From positions 5,074,448 through 5,138,447 of the forward strand of contig BDGG01000002.1 in NCBI GenBank assembly GCA_001949185.1: a stretch of DNA of 64,000 bases. The letters are read 5' to 3'. The translations under genes and the position numbers were made by a program. The stretch comes from Ramazzottius varieornatus (Eukaryota > Animalia > Tardigrada). Shown here piece by piece: positions 41,269 to 54,663 of this stretch. The notes under the pieces were generated by a model. That model was not told the DNA's origin. It ran no database searches and saw only the letters and a program-made list of their open reading frames with translations. The first letter of the stretch is position 1. Each line of letters opens with the position of its first letter.

Positions 41269-41808
41269 AACTAGAACGCGCAGGTGCATAGTTAAATAGT
41301 TAGTCAGGTCGGCTGGCTCGGTCCTGATCACACCAGCGACCAATCAAGCGATCACCGCACTGACCTGCATTAATTTGTACGACAGCAAATCCGTTGCCCG
41401 AGTCAAGCTGGTAGCCATTCTGGTTCATTGCCTTTTAGTCCTAAATTCCTAATCCGATGAAGTTGTTGATTTTCATTCATTCGAAATCCATTGGATGCGT
41501 GTTAATTAAGGCTTGGAATCGCTTGGCGAAGATCTTCCCAGTACTTAAAGATACCCCTGAAGCACTGTGTTGTACTGTCATTGCAGCATCATTGGGATTT
41601 TGAACAGTCGCTGAGCGGAGGATATCCGACATAACCTGCCCAAACAGCTATGGAGTCAAATGGACTGAAGCGGAGGGACCTGTTGCTTCGGACATAATTA
41701 CCACCAGTCCATGTTACATGCCTTCAGTCTGCTCGGGGAAATCCATACACACCACGGGCGTTTGTTCAGAAGCGTTGCAGATGACGGTGTGCCACAGTCG
41801 AAGGACTA

Positions 41809-43576
<1,768 letters not shown>

Positions 43577-43887
43577 CCCTGACGAACTACCTGGTCTAAG
43601 TCTCACGCGTGACTCGAAGGGCGCATTTTGTCTCGCTTTAGAAATTTCCGTGTTCGGTTGCACCTCTCGTTCATTTTTGTACTCCTAGTAGCCTTTACAA
43701 TGTGGCCTTTGTTTTACGATTCTTACTTGATTTCAGTGCGCAGCTATGAGTCTTTTTGTACTTGGCTCCCCCGTGACACAGTGTTTTGTAATTTATTGTT
43801 TCAAATTTTTAGTTCTAACTGACATGGTATAAACTCGATACTAAAGAATGGGAATGGGCTTTTTATTTTCACTGAAGAAATCGCCGT

Positions 43888-46180
43888 TCAACAGATGTAG
43901 TACATGTACGGATAACTAGAGCTGGTTTCGGAGACAACCTGTTGAGTAGATCCGTGGGACGAAGAAGAAGACATGGGCGAAGTTCTGGAGACCCTTCTTG
44001 GAATCATGTCAGCTGCATCGAGAATCCATCGGTCTATAGAGTTCACTTCCTTCTTGCGACGGTAGAATCTGTCACACAGCAAAGGGAAACATCGCGACAG
44101 GGACAATCAGCTACACTGTATCGCTTTGCTTACCGGAAGGTGGCAAAGGATATCACCGAAAACACAAGTATGACCAGTATCGAGATGATGAGTGCAATTT
44201 CCGGAGAAGACGATCGACCTGAATGTAGACAGGTTGGGTTGTTAGAGTGCGGATCGGTGAAAGAGTTTGCGACACATGTGCACATACTTTGGTGGCACCA
44301 CGGCTTCTCGTTCATGAAGCCGCAGAATGGTTCATCAGATGGCGGCTCGTTAGTTGGTCCCGGCCACTTCGGCACAACACCAGGTGTTGGTTCCCAGTCT
44401 TTGTTTGATGGATTGTACGAAAACACTTCTCGTAAGCTGGAGGACACTCGATCAAACATCCGAATGCTGTAAAGGGCAGCTTTCAGCAGCAGCATGATGG
44501 GTTCTTGGTCATATGATGGCGAACGCAGGTCCCGGACCTGTACATTGATACAATGGATTAATTTAAAGCAGCAAAAGCGCAACGTGGTACATAACCACAG
44601 TCCTGAATTTCTCTTAACGTACCATCGCCGTGGCATTCTTTACATCCTTACCGCTGGTCCAAGCACTGGCTATAACCTACAGAACAAAATCATTAGCGAA
44701 AACAGGATACAAAGCTCGATAAGCTTACGACGGCTGGAACTACCTTAGCAGTGGCGATGAAGGATAAGTAGGTGGCAAGAATCATTGGATTTTTCTGAAA
44801 CAGACGTTGATACAGTACTGCACAGACTATGTCGATAAGATGCCGGCACCCGCAACCTATACATACTTGGCTCTTTGGCAGAACGTCTTTGTACATATCC
44901 CGGATCCGAAGCTCCGTGGGAGTTACTTTCGGAGTAATTACAAGCAGGGATCCGAACGCTAGCTTCGCGACCTCGTCATCCACATCAGCGTACTGCCAAG
45001 ACAAATTTCCATACTGAGCATGCTCATATGGCCACGCAGCGATGTAAACGAAGTCCCCGTTGACAAAGCCCAACTTTTGGGCGGTCACCTAAAGACATTT
45101 TGACGCACTGTATCTGCTACTAGCGCAAAATAAGTTCGGATGAACCTGGACTTACCAAGATCTGGCGAACCCGATACATTGGAACGGCAAGCAGAATAAC
45201 TGCAAAAGAAGTATGTTATTCAAGTTCAGATATTCGGGAAAAGGCGTATTGACATCCGAAGTACAAAGTACTCACTTCGCGAGGAGCGTGCGGCCAACTT
45301 CAGGTCATCCACCAGGGTATCTTCGCAAAAGTCGAAGGCAATGTTGACGAACTTTCGACTCCAGCGGAACTTTTTAGTTAGAGCTTTCCCAATTTCCTCG
45401 TACAATGTTAAAGTCATTTCAACGAACATCGAAGAGTGGAACCACATAAAGTACTGCAGCATCCGGAAGTAACAGTTCGCCATATTAGCTGCTTGGTATG
45501 GAACAAACCTGATTAGCGTGGGAAAGCGGACTTCGTCGTTCAGGGCAGCCAACGTCCCCATACTATGTAAACGAAAGACACTGAGTATACACAACTAGCT
45601 TTTCCTTTGTTACAGAGGGGCAAAGCTTCGTACGTACCTTAGGATGAAAAGACTGTTAGCATCTGAGGAAAGAAAAGAATATGAAAGGTCGGCTCACTCG
45701 GTTGGATATTTTGTCAATAATCCCGAAATGTCTCGGTAGGTCGTACCTCTAGCGAAGTCGGCGGCGAACACCATCAGTTCCGCGCAACCTAAAAGTAAAC
45801 CTATCTTAGAATATGCGCAAAAGCGCCAAGCCCCCTTTTTTACCAGCAACGAAGAAGACAAAAGCGGTGTGTTCGTGAGTTTTGACATCGCTAAAGTAGT
45901 ACTGAGCGGCAAGTTGCGCGATCACGGCCAAAGACTGGTCGCAACGATAAAGTCCTGGGTAGATCTCGGCGCTATAGTGGATGACTATCTCGGTTCCATT
46001 GTAGTATTTCGAAAGATCAGTTATTGCCAGGTCCAATGCGGGACCAAGCTGGTCGTTGCTATAGGGGAACCCGCCATATGGAATATGGGCGAAAAACGAA
46101 ATGTTTAATTTGCAAGAGATCGAACCAAAGGAAAGAAGAATGAGAAAGCAGCTCAGGGACGGGCGGCCCCGGAAATACAT
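43888..46180 (-). CDS. Natriuretic-peptide-receptor/receptor-guanylyl-cyclase-like ectodomain + TM + short tail (no kinase-homology or cyclase domain)
   Basis: Signal peptide, GPALDLAI, ALNDEVRFPTLIR, AQKLGFVNGDFVYI, KWPG..PPSDEPFCGF, TM IALIISILVILVFSVISFA, then a ~60-aa tail ending YPYMYYIC*. Confidence 0.8.
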
Positions 46181-46360
46181 TCCGAAGGAAAGAGAATTGC
46201 TGAGAAGAAATACTGGCTAAAGAATCGCACCGCAAAAAGGAAAACCGGCAACGACTAAATTTTGGCTCAAGGCAAAGTATGCGACTGGTCACAAAGTGAG
46301 AATGTAGTACGATAGCTGTAAATCATCAGAATATTTGCGTACTTGAGAATGTCAGATGTG

Positions 46361-47400
46361 TCAGCTGCGACCCGATCTAACACCTCTGGTCACTCCACGA
46401 CGGAAGTAATTGACACTGGAGTAGATCAGGATACATAGCAAAATGGTCGTCAGAATCACTGAGATTGCGCTGGAGATGTAAAGGACCGGGTTGCAGTACT
46501 GATGACTGTTGCCGTCATACATGTCCACTGTTTGGATTACGGAAAACGTCCACACAGCACCTGGAAACATAAACACTCGATTATGTCAGCTGCCGTGTGA
46601 AGTTGGTTAAGGTTGAGACTTACCAACAATGGTCCACACCAAGATGAATAACATGAGTGGCGAACACACAAACGTGGCTATCAACTTCCACAGTCCGGTA
46701 AGAGCTTTATCGCCTCTCATCATGAGAAGAGCCAGGATGGAAACGGGGAGTTGGCAGATACCACCCACTAAGAGGTACAGCGGTACGCGCTTCTCAATCC
46801 GACAGTCGATCAGATAGATGCTCCCTATAACCACCTGTTGGACGGGAAGAAGAACTGGTCATTCCCAACAACAGCATTCTCAACAGATCCATGGAATTCT
46901 GAAGCTCCATAGAGATAAATAGGTGCTTCAAGGCAGGCGAACTTCAAATTTATTACCATGTAGGCCGCGAGGACAGCGATAAGGACTCTCCACAGGACGT
47001 TCACGCCTGCAAAAATACATCGTAATAACCTAATTAAGAATCCGATCAATTCGTAAATTCGCTCCAGCAAATAAAGAAGATAGCAGCGTTCCCGGGTGAG
47101 GTTTCAAACAAGAAGTTCAAGTCTCACTGAAGAATTTCGCTTACATCGATCTAGGTAATAGCGCTTGTTCTTGTGGATGATGGTTCCGTCCGCGGCGACT
47201 TCCCAACTAGCATTCCTGTTATAAGGACCTTCTGCAAACAGATGCTTACGTTACGTATACATCGGTGCAGCCGTGCAGGTCTCGCATTTCACTATGGAAC
47301 CGTACTTACTGGCTTGCTCGACTTGCTTGAAAGTGGTCACCTGGACAATCGGATCACCCTTATTCCGTCCCTGCTGGATAACGAGACGTGTTTCGGGCAT
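46361..47400 (-). CDS. TMEM272-like four-TM protein
   Basis: YMVVIGSIYLIDCRIEKRVPLYLLVGG, FILVWTIVGAVWTF and YCNPVLYISS are characteristic TMEM272-family motifs. The spliced frame starts at MPETRLVIQQ. Confidence 0.75.
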
Positions 47401-48700
47401 TATGATGCTTATGGGTATAGATCATGTGAGCGGCACAGTAAGCGAGATCCCAAACTTCCAGCACACTTCTGCGCTCCTGTACCTTCACCGTTCAAATCCG
47501 AAGTCCTAGTCCGTTGTCGTGAAGCGCAGACCTCTTTCTGAAAGGAAAACCAAGCCAGCAGAAGTTGTTTGAGGAAGAAAAGGCCCTGATTCCCTAAGCT
47601 GAATGAATGAAAATGGTCGATTGATGCAACCATATACGGACCATGGATGAGTCGTCAATCAATACAGCCGGGGTTAATCATCACTTGATTGGGCCACTCC
47701 AGTGCGTATGTGTCATATTATATTGATATTTCCTCTGCGAAACACGCAACACGCACCCAATGGTCACCAAGAAGTTCTGTCAAAACGGCGCTCACGAAAT
47801 CTTCACAATCGAGGCCGCGACGAAGTTTGCGAGTCGTTGCGACCAAGAGCTGGAACAGCGGAAGCAGCGGTACGACTTAGAGAAGAATTTCGTGCTTTTA
47901 CTTTGACCTTGCCGCCCGTTTGGGCATGGAGAATGTAAATGTGCAACTCATCTCAGGTGCTGTAAGATCAAAGTGTTTTAACCAGCTTGACCAATAAAAA
48001 TGGCCAAAATGGGCCATGGGCAGGGACAGATATATAACCGGCGTCCTGCGCGCCTGCCCGCGGGTCGCGCGATTATATTGCACCAAGTTTAAATCACACC
48101 ATAACTAGCCGGATGGAAGTCTTCGCCATAAAAATCGACTTTCGAAAGACCGGCCATCCGTGGGCAAATGGTAAAACAATATTGTTATCAGTCGTAGGCT
48201 CCTAGCTGTGCTCCAGTAAGCAAACTGCAAAGGAGTTTGTCTATTCTTAATGCTCGCAGGCGCGTCGAAGCACGCATCGAACGGGAAGATCCGTCTGAAG
48301 ATGGCAACGGACCGTGGCATTAGAATGCAGTGTACTACCATCCACCTCGGGGACGTGTCTCGTTAATTGTGTTTTATTACAATATAAATATTTGCGCACT
48401 CTGTTTACGATTTGGTTGTCTTTCCAGGAAGCCACATCATCTATCACCAAACTTCCTGCTCCAGATAACTATATAATTTACGACTAACCGGCAAAGCACG
48501 AACGTGTCCACAACCAAACATAACGAAACGAATGTGCGGATGCTGAGCCACCGGCTTTAATGATCCAAAGGTTCCTTCTGAGTTTAAGCAGGGAAATTAG
48601 TCTGATGTACTCAGATTGGATATTGGGCGTATAAACGGCGACTGAAAATCTACGGTAGGTACTCTACCGGTCAAAGGTGTTACGAAGAATAAAATCTTTT

Positions 48701-49231
48701 TCACTTTCGGCCAGGACCTATCAGAAAAATAAGGAGAAGGTCAAGTGTGGGACGTGAACCATAAAGGTTAGCTTCTGACTATTCCATTACACCAGTTCAA
48801 GGTCATATCTCACCTCCAGCGAACCGTGCAGAATCGAGGGCCATCAGGCTGTTGGCAGCACGACTTCCAGCGTTGAATCGTCCGAGACCCAAATCGATAG
48901 CCTTCTTCGAGGGAGCAGCAAACCTGTTTACATAGCCAAAGAGTAAATAAGAAATGCTGAAGTTGGACATTGGTAAACAGTTTATTCCCATGACGTACGT
49001 GTTTTCTGGCAGGGCATTCAGAACATCATGGTAGCGGCCTGCGTAAAGGTCATACACTGCTCGCTCGTATCCGGCCCTGTATTGTTCAGCGAGGAGCCGG
49101 CTCAGTTCCTCTTCCGAATATGCTTGTCCAGCATTGTCTTCTGGGGTTGCTTTGATGGGACTTCCATGCGCCACGAGAGCCACGGCGGCCAACGCGACAG
49201 CCAATACGCAGACGTTTCGGGAGACTGCCAT
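48701..49231 (-). CDS. Dh31: Calcitonin-like diuretic hormone 31 (DH31) neuropeptide precursor
   Basis: Signal peptide MAVSRNVCVLAVALAAVALVAHG. Three coding exons (49231-48999, 48923-48814, 48717-48701) give KK-AIDLGLGRFNAGSRAANSLMALDSARFAGGP-GRK*, a 31-aa amidated peptide resembling insect [32 protein letters not shown]. Confidence 0.93.
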
Positions 49232-52200
49232 CTTTGAAGAGGAAAGCCTACATGAATACAAGAGATAATAGATAAAGCGAATACGTCATTATTATTGAGT
49301 AGGTCGCAATGCTTAATTTTCACAGGCTCTAATCCTACTTCCGCTGCGTAGAGTTTAATCAGCTCAAAACCCGGGATTCAAAACTAACACAGTACTGCAC
49401 CCAAATCAAAAGAACTCTTTATGAAAGACCCAGGGACTTGATCCAGTTTTATGAAAAGGATGGTTTATCTTGTCTGCAGTGCACACCAGCATACGATGTG
49501 GTCCTTGTTTCTCTTTATGACTGTCTCTTCCTTTTCCCAACTCACTCGCATTTCGAAAGCAGCGAACCTTTTGCATGATTGAGTAGGAACGAACCCGGGG
49601 TCGACAGTGATGTCATGCTGTGGTAAAACATTTACAATTTTAATGAGATCCCCGTTGGTTACCCGCGTCAAGAGAATCCGCCTGTGCTTCCCATCGTGAG
49701 AAAAAGGGTTTTCCGCTACACGCTAAACTTTTCGACAAGACAGTTCCAAAATCAGGCTATCGGAACTCCCTCACAAGTCCACAAAGTTCCTCCACAGTCG
49801 ATCCATTCTGACCGATCTTCCTCGATATTTATTACCAAAACAACCCGAGATAGCTCTGTTGATCCAGAAAACTCAAGGCAGTGTTGCTCCTGAAGTTTTC
49901 CGCTCGCATGACTGAAAAAGTCTCCTAGAATATCAGATGGAAAACTCAAGGAATTTTGGAAGGCCAGCGGCCCTTAGATACAGTAAGGTATGATGGGCGC
50001 GGTTCGAAAAATCGTCCCGTTAAGGAATGTACATACGGTTAGATCTTACCTTCTAGGTTAGGACAGGTAAGGGCTCTTGATAAGGTCTTGGGGAACTCGA
50101 AGGTGGCTTGAAGTGCTCGAAGAGACTTGCGATGGGATAAAGGTATGCAACGAAACCTGTAGGATAACCTATTGGAACTTGACTGGAAGTGGCACGAGAT
50201 GTGAAAAGACTAAGGAGGGAAAAGGAATTCCGCCGGACGTGTCAGATAAGGAAATGAAATGGCGATGTGTTCTTTGGTCGCGCTTATATGCCGAGACTGG
50301 ACCAACAATCTAAAGCCTTCCAGAGAGAAAACGGCTTCTCATTAATTGGTCATGCGGATGCCGAGAAGAATGGCTGCAGGTTGCCCTTCCCTCAACCGGA
50401 AGCAATCTTGTATCTTGCCTCTTGAAGCCCCTATGTACAGATTTGTGTGCTTCCCGTTCCCCACCAATAGTTCTGCTCCCTTTGAGGTTTTACGTTGTTA
50501 GTTACACACTATACATGCAGTGACGCACACTCGTGTGAAGGCACCAAACCACGTGCAAGTACCGCATTTCCGCCCTGAGATGTCGAAATATTGCGTTTCA
50601 GTTGCGCCAAGTGCCGCCAAATCAGTTTGTAATGTGTCTTTTCGGCTCATTTTAGTGTACAAGCGTGCAGCATAAACCCCATTGTTGACGGATATACTAC
50701 GGTCGTCTTGGGCCTAATGTCAAAAGCTGGAAACTGACACCGACACCATTAAAATGACCTTGGTGTTTGAGTAAAGCCGATTTAGTTAAACTTTGTCACG
50801 CAATTTAGACATTCGACCAGACAGAAATCACTCAGATATCCCCCGGTCGAGTTTCCTGAAGAAAAATTACAAATACAATTGAACGTAATAGATTGTCTTT
50901 GATCGAGTGCATTGGTAAACTTCATCGGGCCAGGACCAAAGGTTAGATTGACCTTTGCCGAGTGGAGTGCCACTCAGAGGTAGGAAAGATTACCGGGAGA
51001 TTCAATAACTATTTTGTTTCTTCGGCGAAAAATTCTCAATTGAAAAACGGCCGATGCACCTCAAGTACATATTTCATTAGCCTTCTGGCTACGATAAGGG
51101 TTCCTGGCTAGTCAGATATGGCTCCGAAGTGATTTGACACCAGTTACGCAGTAAATTTCTGGATTATGAGGAGCTTGTTACACCACGGATGGTTTAATGA
51201 ACTGACAGACCCGCGGGCTCTACACGTTCCGCGCAAGTTACTACTATATAACCGCTGGACCAAGGTTGGCCTCCACAAATGTCACCATGGATTAGTTCCT
51301 CGTCGATCACGTTGTACTCAGTTCCGCCACTTTGATGAGAAAACGATTAGGCACAGGATGAGGGTTTGAGGGTAAATGTTGCTAGTCTGTGAACACCCAG
51401 CATGTTACTCGAATTTATTAGATGTCACCGCTGTCAAGATTACAGTAAGTACGCATCGATATCAATATCGATTGATTCCAGTTAGGTATTTTGAGCCGGT
51501 TTATTACCCCCAGGATGTCAAGTTAATTAACTAGCAAACCATGATCCATTCAATTTCCTAATAGTCAGGCAGCACTATTCCTCTTCTCAAGTTACACTCA
51601 GTGAAGATAAACGTGGCACACCGCGATTTTAAATTTGCATTGAAAATAAAATACTTATTGTAGCTGGTGATAACGCCAAGGTCGAAATGGCATTATTTAT
51701 CATTCTATAGCGTTAATGAACTTTGCGGATGATGAGCAAAATTAATTGATTTAGATTCAGCTCAACTTTTAAGAACAAAAAGACCACACCCTGCGAGGCT
51801 GCGACTTGACCAAATTCTACAATATCATTTACTCGAAACCCGAGGAGTTGTACATTTACATAACACAAAATACTGTGCTGCTGTACAAGCGCCGAGACGT
51901 GAAATTTCTTCAGACAGGTTTTGAAGTAAATAGCATCAAAATCCCAGTGAAAACAAACCGCTTTTCCCGAAGACTTCTTTTTACAAGTAAAGCCTGTTTG
52001 GTAGGTTTGATCTCCACAATAATGAGTTTTAGCAGTTCCCGAGGTCCAGGCAACAAGGGCGACATCTGGAAGCCACCGATGACTTCCGCAGTCGGACTAG
52101 TCCGGGCCAAGCTTTGCCGCCGGACGCCAAGCAAAGTAACCCTCAGGGGCCATTCCAACAGGTCAAAGTTTTTTTGTTTCCGGTTCCGTCAGTACCGTCA

Positions 52201-52323
52201 CCTCCGTGCTGTACCATATATAGGACCCCACTTTTCTTTTTACAGCTTTCCATCTTAATTTGCTGCACATCCATGTTGAAAGCTACGATTATACGGTCCT
52301 AAGATTTGCAGTATTTTGTAGGT

Positions 52324-53396
52324 ATGCCGGATTTCTCGCAAGGACTCCCTCTTAACAGCAACCAGATCCAGATAGGCGTTTTCCTTGGAGGGATACTTGG
52401 AGGGTTGATCGCCGGTTGGATGCTTCGTGGAAGACAGTCGAGGGAAACTTTCCAGTTTGGACGTCAGCTCTCCACCTCCACGTCTAAAGCCGGTCGGTGT
52501 GTCTATGCCCTGTTACGCTTTCGGTCGTAAGCCGTGGCATTACTCTAAACATTTGCACTTAGTCTTAGTGTCGTCTCCGCGGCTTGATGGCGGATCTACG
52601 ATCGTTCGGATCATCTACTAACTAGCTGCGAAGATGTTCCTTTGCATGTGCGAAATTCGTCATTGCTTACTTTCAGGTGCGTCCATCGGGAAACCTGTTG
52701 AAAGAGTTTCAGTGTCGTCCAAGAAGAGCGGAAAAGCATCACCTCACTCGCACGGTGACTCAGACTGGCTATCGACGTCAGAGGAGGAGGAAACCGGAGA
52801 TGTAAGTAAACCGTTTTCGTGTTCACGTAAGACAGAACGTTCGATCGAAGTTTTGCTACATGAAACTTTGAACTCCGACGTTAGACCGTGGGATGGTGGG
52901 TTGGTTAAATCGTGAACATAAATAGGGTATGGTGGTTCGCTTTAGGAAGAAAGAGCAGAAAAGCAAACCTCACGTTGATGCTCCGTTCTAGGCTGCAGCA
53001 AAGAAACCCCTCAGATCTCGTTCCAAATCAAAACCCATGAAACAAGCCCTCAAAATGAACTTCCTAGTCCGGATGGACCTGGATATGGGGAAGGGGAAGA
53101 TCTGTGCACAAGTGGCCCATGCCGCAGTGGGGGCATACGAAGAGGCTGTCCGCAAAAGAGACCCAAACCTAAGAGCGTGGCAGAGATATGGTCAGGCAAA
53201 GGTTGCTTTGAAGGTCCCCGATGAAGAAACTCTCCTGTCGTTGACACAACAAGCAAAAGAGGCTGGTTTAAACGTTTATGTTGTTAGAGATGCTGGTAGA
53301 ACTCAGATTGCTGCTGGGTCTTTGACAGTTGCTGCCATAGGACCTGGCGAAGTGTCCGCGGTTGATAAAATAACCGGCCATCTGAAACTTCTTTAG
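52324..53396 (+). CDS. PTRH2: Peptidyl-tRNA hydrolase 2, mitochondrial
   Basis: N-terminal TM IGVFLGGILGGLIAGWML, KMNFLVRMDLDMGKGKICAQVAHAAV, WQRYGQAKVALK, DAGRTQIAAGS, VDKITGHLKLL*. Confidence 0.96.
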
Positions 53397-53907
53397 TTGG
53401 TCATTTGAGGTTTAATTCCCTAACGGTACCGGTAAACGTTACCGCTGGTATTCTCGTGAAAATATGCTCTCTTCAAAATAGTCGTGTGCAGCGTGCATTG
53501 TTCCTTTGTTTCTTCCAGGCGTTTCAGTATTAGCAATATCTCTATGACAGCACTTTTTTGGCCTAACATTCTTCGAGGAAAGACCTCGGTCGATTAGTGG
53601 TGCTTTCTGTAGGGACATCATGAAGTCAGCCTATCACAATAATGAGTATATCTTACAGATGCCGCAGTAGTCGTGCGTTGGGCTTTTCGGGGTTGCGGAC
53701 CTCCGTTATCTTCGCTTCCTCCAGAGTATCACCGCTTCGTCCTTAGAAACCCTTTCGAGGCCGACCTTGACATGGTGTTCGTGTGGGGTTGGTTAGTTAT
53801 AGAGTTCTGTACTAATTAGTCTGGGTTTTCGGACGTGTCATGGCTGATGAGTGCTGGTATAATGGTTAGGGTCGACGTTGAAGATGTGGTGAATTGTAAG
53901 ACGGACC

Positions 53908-54663
53908 ATGGATAATCCAGATGGGGAGGATGCTTTGACGAAGGCCGCGATCGAAAGGAAAGAAGGAGGAAATGAACAAGTACGCGTAGCTGCGCCCGGA
54001 AATCAAGTGGAGGATAGAGACCTCATCGTGCCGTCCGAGACGCAGGAAATCGTTGAACCGGTTGCACCTGTTTCGTCAACGTCTTCCGTTCCAATGTCTC
54101 GAACACGTCAGATTCAGACTGTCTTCCGCAAAGCGCTGTTCTTCCCTTCGTTAGCCTATAATGCTTTGTCAGAGAAATTCACGTCACGAACCTGGTACAA
54201 CAGGATAGATAACCACGTCATTCTGGGTGCGCTTCCGTTCCGATCTGTGATCGCCAACGTGGCTGCCACCGAGAATGTGAAGGGAATCATTTCTTTCAAT
54301 GAGGATTACGAGGTGAATCCACGGTGGTATGCGACGTCCGAGGAGATGGCCAAGCTGGGTATCAAGCATGTGCGACTTCCGGTGGAAGACTACACGGCGT
54401 CACCTAGCCTGACTCAAGTACAAGAAGGACTAAAGTTCATAGAAGACGTGAAGAAGGAAGGCGGTACTGTTTACATCCATTGTAAAGCAGGAAGGTTCCG
54501 GAGTGCTTTCTTCGCGTCGGCCTATGTCATTGCTTCTCAAAAACTGCGGGCGGAACCTGCGGTCTTGCTGGTTCAGGAGAAGAGGCCGCAGATGTGGCTG
54601 GGACCCAAGCAGATCCGGAAGCTCCAGATGTTTCACAACAGGTACTTCTTTGACTGTCACTAG
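53908..54663 (+). CDS. PTPMT1: Phosphatidylglycerophosphatase PTPMT1-like dual-specificity phosphatase (single coding exon)
   Basis: LFFPSLAYN, WYNRIDNHVILGALPF, NEDYE, TVYIHCKAGRFRSA, KRPQM. Confidence 0.88.
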   Translation: MDNPDGEDALTKAAIERKEGGNEQVRVAAPGNQVEDRDLIVPSETQEIVEPVAPVSSTSSVPMSRTRQIQTVFRKALFFPSLAYNALSEKFTSRTWYNRIDNHVILGALPFRSVIANVAATENVKGIISFNEDYEVNPRWYATSEEMAKLGIKHVRLPVEDYTASPSLTQVQEGLKFIEDVKKEGGTVYIHCKAGRFRSAFFASAYVIASQKLRAEPAVLLVQEKRPQMWLGPKQIRKLQMFHNRYFFDCH

